A program made the position numbers and the translations under genes. 26,326 nt of DNA from Candidatus Auribacterota bacterium (lineage in GTDB: Bacteria; Auribacterota; UBA6266): contig JAGLRQ010000009.1 of NCBI GenBank assembly GCA_023136205.1, forward strand, positions 1 to 26,326, in the 5' to 3' direction. The notes under the pieces are model-generated. The model was not told the DNA's origin. It did no database searches and saw only the letters and a list, made by a program, of their open reading frames with translations. Positions 16,339 to 22,817 of the stretch are shown here, piece by piece. Numbering within the stretch: the first letter of the stretch is position 1; each line of letters opens with the position of its first letter.

Positions 16339-17241
16339 TCATTTTCTTTCCCGGACAACATATACCTTCTTGTTCGCGTCAAATATCTTTTCAGCATCAA
16401 TGAAAAAGAAGAGATAAATATTGTCGAATTGACTTTTATCTGCATATGCCACGAAAAGCTTGTAGATTTTCTCTTGCTGCCCCCAGAAATCTCTGTCGCA
16501 CACCCAAATTAAGAGTGTGTCAGCAACGGATTTCTCCTTCTTTTCGAACACCTGAGAGACCAGCCTTTCGTCCATTTCATCTGAGGCCACGACTATATCA
16601 AAATTGAAGTTGATGAATATGTTATTTCTGCCGTGACATAGCGTATTATCTCCTTCTGGAATCTTCTGAAGCTCGACACCCGTTATTACGTCTTTCAGAC
16701 CTTCTGGGATAGGCAAGGGATTTGGCCTAAGGCCTGTCTTTGTTTTGTCAAAATAATCCGCAGGGCTTGGCGAGAAAGATGACTTCTCGATACCGCTTGC
16801 AATCGTTTTGCCGAGCATTTCTATCCTCTTACCGACAATCTTGAGATTTTCGTTTCTATAGTCTGTGGAAGAGCGAATATTGACCATAATTCGATAATCG
16901 GGCTGAACACAATTTAGTATAGCCGATAGAAGAGCTTCTGTCATTTTCCTCGCACGGTCTGCAGATGCCGGTCTGTGCTGGATTTTCAGTTCAGTCAATT
17001 GGACTCCTACGAGTTTTCCGTTCGCCTTGGCAAGAACATCCGCTTTGCCTTCACTATCATCAGGGTTTATTCTTATTTCAGTAAGAACAGCGCCTGCAAT
17101 TGTTTGCACGCGTGCGAATTGTTCGGCAATGAAAAGTTCCTTGGCCTGTTTATCTTTTGGAAGTACCCTTCTGAGCGTCACAGGTCTTGCAGTCCCTGTC
17201 ATGCTGGACATCTTTATTTCAAGTCTCATTTGTTCTGCCAT
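16339..17241 (-). CDS. Hypothetical protein with an N-terminal PD-(D/E)xK-like nuclease signature
   Basis: The 300-aa ORF shows a candidate restriction-endonuclease-fold pattern: E40 (FIAEQF), D68 (GKADVLA) and E84-L-K86 (VGVQLTELK), with D-to-ExK spacing of about 15 aa. I recognised nothing in the C-terminal 170 aa. No Rx4-6H motif is present. Confidence 0.6.
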   Translation of the reverse strand: MAEQMRLEIKMSSMTGTARPVTLRRVLPKDKQAKELFIAEQFARVQTIAGAVLTEIRINPDDSEGKADVLAKANGKLVGVQLTELKIQHRPASADRARKMTEALLSAILNCVQPDYRIMVNIRSSTDYRNENLKIVGKRIEMLGKTIASGIEKSSFSPSPADYFDKTKTGLRPNPLPIPEGLKDVITGVELQKIPEGDNTLCHGRNNIFINFNFDIVVASDEMDERLVSQVFEKKEKSVADTLLIWVCDRDFWGQQEKIYKLFVAYADKSQFDNIYLFFFIDAEKIFDANKKVYVVRERK

Positions 17242-17320
17242 CAGATCGGTTTTCCTTAAAACATAACATTGTCAATAAATGGAAAGTTTTCCCTATTCAG
17301 CCTCGATACACATTTTATAA

Positions 17321-17590
17321 TCAGCCATAGAGAAATACTCCCTCATGCCTGATTAGTCTTGTGAATTTTGATGTGCTTGAAAGATCAACAATATCCACAG
17401 GCTTTGATAGTGCGAATATAAGATCTCCGTAATAGCGATAGAAGTCTTTTGAAGAAACTCCTTCCACGGCAATATCAATATCCCGACTTTCTTTGGACGA
17501 AGACACACTGGATCCAAATAACACAACCCGCGTTGCGTGATACCGCTTGGATATTTCCTCTATTATTTTTTTGTCAGATTCAACAATCAT
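17321..17590 (-). CDS. Minimal nucleotidyltransferase (MNT-type, antitoxin-like NTase of HEPN/MNT modules)
   Basis: The 89-aa ORF has VVLFGSSVSSSKESRDIDIAV, which is the polymerase-beta NTase motif hG[GS]x9DxD. Its size and architecture are typical of MNT antitoxins. Confidence 0.85.
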   Translation of the reverse strand: MIVESDKKIIEEISKRYHATRVVLFGSSVSSSKESRDIDIAVEGVSSKDFYRYYGDLIFALSKPVDIVDLSSTSKFTRLIRHEGVFLYG

Positions 17591-17596
17591 ATTAAG

Positions 17597-17605
17597 ATTA
17601 TATCA
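17597..17605 (-). promoter_or_regulatory. Extended -10 promoter element (TGATATAAT) 6 nt upstream of the MNT ATG, implying a leaderless or near-leaderless mRNA
   Basis: The minus strand reads aaaTGATATAATcttaatATGattgtt. There is no Shine-Dalgarno sequence between the box and the start codon. Confidence 0.4.
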
Positions 17606-17702
17606 TTTCCCACAATTTTATCTATTATTTTGCCTAACAAAGGTAAAGGGGGTGAAGGGGGACGCTTCTATTTTTTGCAAAAGGGGCAAAAATTTTAAAA
17701 TA

Positions 17703-18806
17703 TCAACATCTACTAATTATCTTCTCAGAAATATCAAATGTCGCGTTTGCTTTCCCAAGACGTTTTGAATTCTCACTCATCTGATTCAAGCGTTTACTAT
17801 CATGAGCAAGCTCAAAGGATTTTTTTACAAGCTCATTTCTCTTTTTTATTTTTATGCCGGCACTCCTTTTTAGAAGTTCCTCACAATTTGCTTCTTCCTG
17901 TCCGGGAATAGGCCTATAAATAACCATAGGTTTGCCCATCGCGGTCAACTCCGATGTTGTAAGCCCGCCGGATTTTGTAACCACTATGTCAGCGGCTTTA
18001 TAGAACTTTTCCACATCAGTTCTAAGATTAGAACAGAATATATTGTGTTTTGCTATACAAGCCCCTTCTGTTTCAACATATTTATCTATTTTTCTTGAAA
18101 GCAAAAACACACCTGTATCCGGATATATTTCAAGCTCTTTTTTCATTCCGGCCTTAAATTTTCTATCAGCTGCATAGTCTCCGATAAAAAGAATGTTTCT
18201 TTTTTTCATATAGGGTTTAATATCCTTTATCTCAGGATCCGTGCGGAACTGCTCCCCTATCGAAATTCCTGTTATAAAAATCCTGCCGGGATCCGCGCCA
18301 AGTTTCACCAAACCGTCCCTGACAAACTCTGAAGCGGCAAAATAGGCGTCTATATTCTTCCGAAACCAGATTGAATGAGCCATATAATCTGTTATCACGC
18401 ATCCTAAGAATGAATTGATATCACCCTTTTCTTTTAAGCAGCAGGCAATTTCCCCAGGATGAAAATGTGTAGAGATTAAACAGTCAGGCTGTTCTTTCTT
18501 CAACATTTTTCTCAATCTTCCGGCGAAAAAAAGGTCGATATACTGTTGGCATGTATAATAAAAACCTCCCGGCTTTGCCCTATTCACAAAACTAAATATT
18601 GCTTTCCAGATAAATTGTGCCCTTTCAACGCTCCAGTAATATGATTTTTGCGTTACCATTCTGTAAATGGGCGAAACATAATCAAGGGAATCAAAAATAC
18701 GGATGTCAAACTCGGGAAATCTCTTTTTCATATACTCATAAAGAGCTTCCGCCGCCCTTTTGTGCCCGGAACCATAGGTAGCATGGAAAATAAAAATCTT
18801 TTTCAT
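17703..18806 (-). CDS. MGDG-synthase-like / UgtP-like diacylglycerol glycosyltransferase (GT28-type)
   Basis: The N-terminus is MKKIFIFHATYGSGHKRAAEALYEYM, and a C-terminal GT-B domain is present (VTKSGGLTTSELTAMGKPMVIY.PIPGQEE.N). I prefer the ATG at 18806, which overlaps the upstream TGA as ATGA, over the TTG at 18812. Confidence 0.82.
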   Translation of the reverse strand: MKKIFIFHATYGSGHKRAAEALYEYMKKRFPEFDIRIFDSLDYVSPIYRMVTQKSYYWSVERAQFIWKAIFSFVNRAKPGGFYYTCQQYIDLFFAGRLRKMLKKEQPDCLISTHFHPGEIACCLKEKGDINSFLGCVITDYMAHSIWFRKNIDAYFAASEFVRDGLVKLGADPGRIFITGISIGEQFRTDPEIKDIKPYMKKRNILFIGDYAADRKFKAGMKKELEIYPDTGVFLLSRKIDKYVETEGACIAKHNIFCSNLRTDVEKFYKAADIVVTKSGGLTTSELTAMGKPMVIYRPIPGQEEANCEELLKRSAGIKIKKRNELVKKSFELAHDSKRLNQMSENSKRLGKANATFDISEKIISRC

Positions 18807-19669
18807 GGGCAAAAAACCCTCAATATCTTCGGCACAACACTCACATCAGCAGGAAGCCGGCAAAACGGGTCACCATCCACCTGGACATTTACCTTTTCCA
18901 CGGAAGACATCCTTACATGCCTTGCCTTAACGTAAACAACATCTTTATATTTATGATGTCTCTTTGTAAACAAGCCCCACAGATATCTTAACATCTGCCC
19001 TCTTCCTCTCTTCGTAAATATACAGACATCAAGAAATTTGTCATCGGTAGAAGCATGGGGAGCCATTACAAATTTTCCGGCATAGTACTTCGCATTACTG
19101 ATCACAACAAGACTCCCTTTATACTCCCTTCTTTGATCTATGCAAACATTTACCTCAGGAAAATTATACCTTCTTAAAACCGCGGCAGCAGACGCGATAT
19201 AAGCTAACTTTCCTATCTTTGACTTAAGTTTAAGATTAATCGAACTAACCACCTCAGCATCAAACCCGCAACTTGCCATTAACATAAAGTACGTTCCATT
19301 TATTACTCCAAGGCTTATCCTTTTCTCTTTGCCTCTTAATATTACATCAGCGGCCTTATATATGTTTTCCGATATACCCAGTTCCCCGGCAAAAACATTA
19401 GCCGTCCCTACAGGAATAATACCAATAGGGACATCAATGCCGGCCATTCCGTTTATCGCTTCGCTAATAGTTCCATCACCCGAAAGCACTATTACCGCAT
19501 CCACTTTTCTGGAGTAAGCTTGCGCGGCAAGATTTGTGGCGCTGCCTTTATATAAAGTGGTTTCAATTGAAACCTCCGCCCCAAAAGAAGAAAGATAGGA
19601 TGCTATTTTTTTAGTTTTCTTTTTGGAATTTTTCCCTGCGACGGGATTGGATATAAGCAGATACTTCAT
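18803..19669 (-). CDS. Diacylglycerol kinase family lipid kinase (YegS/DagK-like)
   Basis: The 288-aa ORF has ISNPVAGK, VIVLSGDGTISEAING and IGIIPVGTANVFA, the DAGK catalytic-domain motifs. Confidence 0.88.
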   Translation of the reverse strand: MKYLLISNPVAGKNSKKKTKKIASYLSSFGAEVSIETTLYKGSATNLAAQAYSRKVDAVIVLSGDGTISEAINGMAGIDVPIGIIPVGTANVFAGELGISENIYKAADVILRGKEKRISLGVINGTYFMLMASCGFDAEVVSSINLKLKSKIGKLAYIASAAAVLRRYNFPEVNVCIDQRREYKGSLVVISNAKYYAGKFVMAPHASTDDKFLDVCIFTKRGRGQMLRYLWGLFTKRHHKYKDVVYVKARHVRMSSVEKVNVQVDGDPFCRLPADVSVVPKILRVFCP

Positions 19670-19759
19670 ATGATTAACACTGATTTTTTATGACTTTAAA
19701 GGACTAATTTTCTAACCACAGATTTAAATAAACTAAAAAGCTTTTATAATTATTTTTTT

Positions 19760-19798
19760 ATTTGTGAAGATTTGTGTAATTTGTGGTTGTAATTTTTG
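19760..19798. repeat. Three phased direct ATTTGTG heptamers (19760, 19770, 19779) plus a degenerate ATTTTTG (19792)
   Basis: I read these directly from tttATTTGTGaagATTTGTGtaATTTGTGgttgtaATTTTTG. The spacings are 10 and 9 nt. The array lies between the stop of the 221-aa gene (19803) and the lipid-kinase start (19669). Confidence 0.5.
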
Positions 19799-19802
19799 TT
19801 TT

Positions 19803-20468
19803 TTAATTAACAATTTTACTATCTGTGTTCATCTGTGGTTCAATCTTCTTTTTTAATCTCTTCTCCGTACCCTCTATGCTCTCTGTAGCCAATTCTTCTT
19901 TTGAATCTTTTAAAACAAAGTCAAAATCCTTTCTTGCCGTACAACTCTTCCCGGACAGCTTATCCGCAATCGTGATTTCAAGAGTATATTTTCCTTCAAC
20001 AAGCCCTTCAAAATCAAAATTCATATTAAGCGATATCTCTGTGAAAAAAGATATTTCTTTATACTCGAAATCACCAAACCCTTTTTCTTCAGCAAGAACA
20101 TTTTTATTTATATCAACAAGCCTGTAATCAGCAGTCAAGCTGGCAATATATCCATCACTCTCTTTTTTTACGGTAAATCCTATGGGTTCCAGATAAACAT
20201 GTATCTGCTCACCGTTTATAAACGGCAGCTCTTCTCTGACCATATAATTGTTAAACCCCGAAGCCCCGCCTTTTATAAAATGCACATTACGCGGTTGCAA
20301 ATCCACTTTTTCCCAGCTAAAGCGTATTGCATCTTTAAGCCGATCACACGCTTCGATATAATTCTCCTCTATGTAAGCATTCTGGGCATTAGTCATACTT
20401 TCAAAAAATTCCCCCGCGTATAAGGAACAACTCAAAAACATACACCACAAGAACAGAAAACCTTTCAT
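19803..20468 (-). CDS. Hypothetical secreted protein
   Basis: The 221-aa ORF has a signal peptide, MKGFLFLWCMFLSCSLYAGE, with GGGAGTAAAGAGAG upstream of the ATG. I recognised no family. It begins 24 nt downstream of the GH35-like gene. Confidence 0.65.
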   Translation of the reverse strand: MKGFLFLWCMFLSCSLYAGEFFESMTNAQNAYIEENYIEACDRLKDAIRFSWEKVDLQPRNVHFIKGGASGFNNYMVREELPFINGEQIHVYLEPIGFTVKKESDGYIASLTADYRLVDINKNVLAEEKGFGDFEYKEISFFTEISLNMNFDFEGLVEGKYTLEITIADKLSGKSCTARKDFDFVLKDSKEELATESIEGTEKRLKKKIEPQMNTDSKIVN

Positions 20469-20492
20469 CTCTCTTTACTCCCTACTCCCGCA

Positions 20493-22805
20493 TCATTTAA
20501 ATATAATCTCATATTTGAATCCCTTCTTAAGAGATTCGACTCCGAAAGAAAAACTTTCCCGGGTTTTTATAACTTTTACCTCTTCCGTAATATTCCTGCT
20601 CTTCTTTAAAACCTTTGCCGGTTTTAGTTTTCCGGGTTGAACCTTCATACTAACGTTTTCTACATCACACAATACGGACACTTCCATTTGCTTGCCCGAC
20701 AAATTTACAACCATGTCACCGCCTTTGGATAAAGAAATTCCCCAATCTCCGAATTTCAGGGACGGAGCAACGGTATTTTTTTTAAGGTCATTAATTCCTT
20801 TTATAAGAAACCCCTCAATTTTGCCCTTTTTAACCCTGGCCACAGAAGCTCCCCCCGGGACACCCGTAATTTCCAACATTTCTCTTCCTATCTTCTCGAA
20901 AAAACTGGAAGTCTTCTCATCCCTTGAAATAAAATAAATAAGTCTTGTTTCTTTATTCCTGGACTTTACGACATCAAATCCGGGAGTTTTTTTGGGCCTG
21001 CTTCCGAGAATAGAAGAAATCAGTTTTTCATTTTTTAAAATAGGCCCCGGATAGAATACTATTCTGCCCCTGCCTATTTTCTTTTCAAACGCCTTTCCAA
21101 TCTCTTCTTTTTTAAGCTTAATCGCGCTCATCATAACAGAACACGGCTTAAAATCATCTTTCAAATAAGGGACTGTTCCGTAAATAAAAAGTTTCCCCCC
21201 CGATTTTACATAATTTACTAACTTGGCCTGAGTATTTTTGTCCATCCAATCCGATAATTTCAACACAATTTTATCTGCTTCAAGAAGCTCCGAAACTTTT
21301 TCATTCACAAGATATTTTATCCCAACCTTGGACATCCTTTTATCAGCTTCAAGCATAAGAGGTATCAATCCTGTCTCTATACATTCGGGTTTTGCTTTTA
21401 TCCCTGCTTTTTGCCACTTCTCAGACTCTGCTCTCCATGAGGCTGCCCAGGCATATGGCATATAACAACCCCAGAAAACATCATATTCAACTTTCGATTC
21501 AACCGCATTTGGGGAACAGTTACTGAAAAACTCGTTTATTAGAGATGCAGTATAAAATTTATCCGTCTTTTCCGAGTTCGCGCTAACAGGAGCCGAGGCA
21601 GGATAAGGTTTCTCATGATATGAATCAATATTTATATCCCACGAGTCTGTCGCGACACCGGTATAATAATTCATGCCTTTAGCCCCGTAAGCAAAGTAAA
21701 GCATGCTCTGATAAAAACTTGGAATTGAACTGCCGAATATTTTGTCATAAATCTTGCTAAAACCCCAGTTTTCTTCAAGACACACACCCGGATGCTTTCC
21801 CGCCATTATCTGGTACTTGATATACGATTCTTCATCCTTATACGGATATTTAGTCCAGTTTGTAAATCCCCAGGAGGCAATATCACCAAAAACTGAGAAA
21901 TCGCTCCTGCTAAAGAAAGTATCAGCGCAATTGGTAGATAAAGGATTCCAGTTAACTACGAGGGGAACGCTTGTCCCAGGCATATACGATGAACATTTTG
22001 ACAAAACCTCCTTGTAAAACACCCCTGAAAACTGGGCCCAATCAATATTTTTCCTTATGGACCTTATATCTTTACATTCAAAATTCTCCGGCGGAAAAAC
22101 CTCTTCAAAATTCCGGATTTTTGTCCCGTTTTTCGAATTATATTCTCTAATTATCCTATACTTAGATTTAAGAAACTTTGAAAATTCCCCAGATCCACTG
22201 CGGGAATAATCGTACCCTGTAATTTCAGGGGGGCAAAATGTATAAATGCCTTCATTCAAAAGCTGTACCCCGATTACCGGGCCTTCAGGATACTGCCTTC
22301 CCTGTACAACATGGCCGGAAAAAGCATTCAGCCAGTTCTTTATATGTTCATGAAAGGTTTCATTAAGAGGCGCTGGAAGAGGCTTATGCCAAATGGCAGG
22401 TTCACCTTTCGCGTTTCTCATCGGTTCTATTCTGTTTTCAGCCGCCGGCTCAACATAATCCGGCAGGCCGGCGTAATTCGTTTCAGCGTGAATAAGCGGG
22501 CCGGGTTTTACGATACAATACAACCCCTTCTGAGCAATTAAGTCTATAAATCTTATAACATCTGTATTGGGAACAGTTTGTCCTTTAAAATCATACTCTC
22601 CGGGGAAATAAGAATGGTGCCTCCATGGAACATAGAAGGTGACGGTATTAACACCCATCTCCTTCAATAAATCAAGTTTCTTACTCCATATATGCCTTGA
22701 ATCCCTGTAATAGGGATAGTCGGCAGATAACAATATAAAGGGAATACCGTCTTTATAAAACACACCTTTCTTTATGCAAATTTGTTTTTTTCCCTTAACG
22801 CCCAT
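20493..22805 (-). CDS. Glycoside hydrolase family 35-like beta-galactosidase (cytoplasmic, no signal peptide)
   Basis: The N-terminal TIM-barrel region resembles GH35 (DGIPFILLSADYPYYR...W..KLDLLKEMGVNTVTFYVPW..H...GEYDFKG..D...FIDLIAQKGLYCIVKPGPLIHAETNYAGLPDYV, then QLLNEG). The AGGAG RBS overlaps the TAG stop of the upstream transporter gene. Confidence 0.75.
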   Translation of the reverse strand: MGVKGKKQICIKKGVFYKDGIPFILLSADYPYYRDSRHIWSKKLDLLKEMGVNTVTFYVPWRHHSYFPGEYDFKGQTVPNTDVIRFIDLIAQKGLYCIVKPGPLIHAETNYAGLPDYVEPAAENRIEPMRNAKGEPAIWHKPLPAPLNETFHEHIKNWLNAFSGHVVQGRQYPEGPVIGVQLLNEGIYTFCPPEITGYDYSRSGSGEFSKFLKSKYRIIREYNSKNGTKIRNFEEVFPPENFECKDIRSIRKNIDWAQFSGVFYKEVLSKCSSYMPGTSVPLVVNWNPLSTNCADTFFSRSDFSVFGDIASWGFTNWTKYPYKDEESYIKYQIMAGKHPGVCLEENWGFSKIYDKIFGSSIPSFYQSMLYFAYGAKGMNYYTGVATDSWDINIDSYHEKPYPASAPVSANSEKTDKFYTASLINEFFSNCSPNAVESKVEYDVFWGCYMPYAWAASWRAESEKWQKAGIKAKPECIETGLIPLMLEADKRMSKVGIKYLVNEKVSELLEADKIVLKLSDWMDKNTQAKLVNYVKSGGKLFIYGTVPYLKDDFKPCSVMMSAIKLKKEEIGKAFEKKIGRGRIVFYPGPILKNEKLISSILGSRPKKTPGFDVVKSRNKETRLIYFISRDEKTSSFFEKIGREMLEITGVPGGASVARVKKGKIEGFLIKGINDLKKNTVAPSLKFGDWGISLSKGGDMVVNLSGKQMEVSVLCDVENVSMKVQPGKLKPAKVLKKSRNITEEVKVIKTRESFSFGVESLKKGFKYEIIFK

Positions 22806-22817
22806 CGCATATTACTC

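Noticed and set aside
16338-16445. N-terminal extension of the membrane-protein ORF (ORF-track start at 16445). Similar 5' extensions exist at 3919-3939 (ssb), 5504-5521 (L25), 7415-7435 (spoVG) and 10887-10940 (hisG).
   Set aside because: In every case an internal ATG has a much better Shine-Dalgarno sequence or gives the conserved family N-terminus. The 16445 start would overlap the upstream gene by 107 nt.
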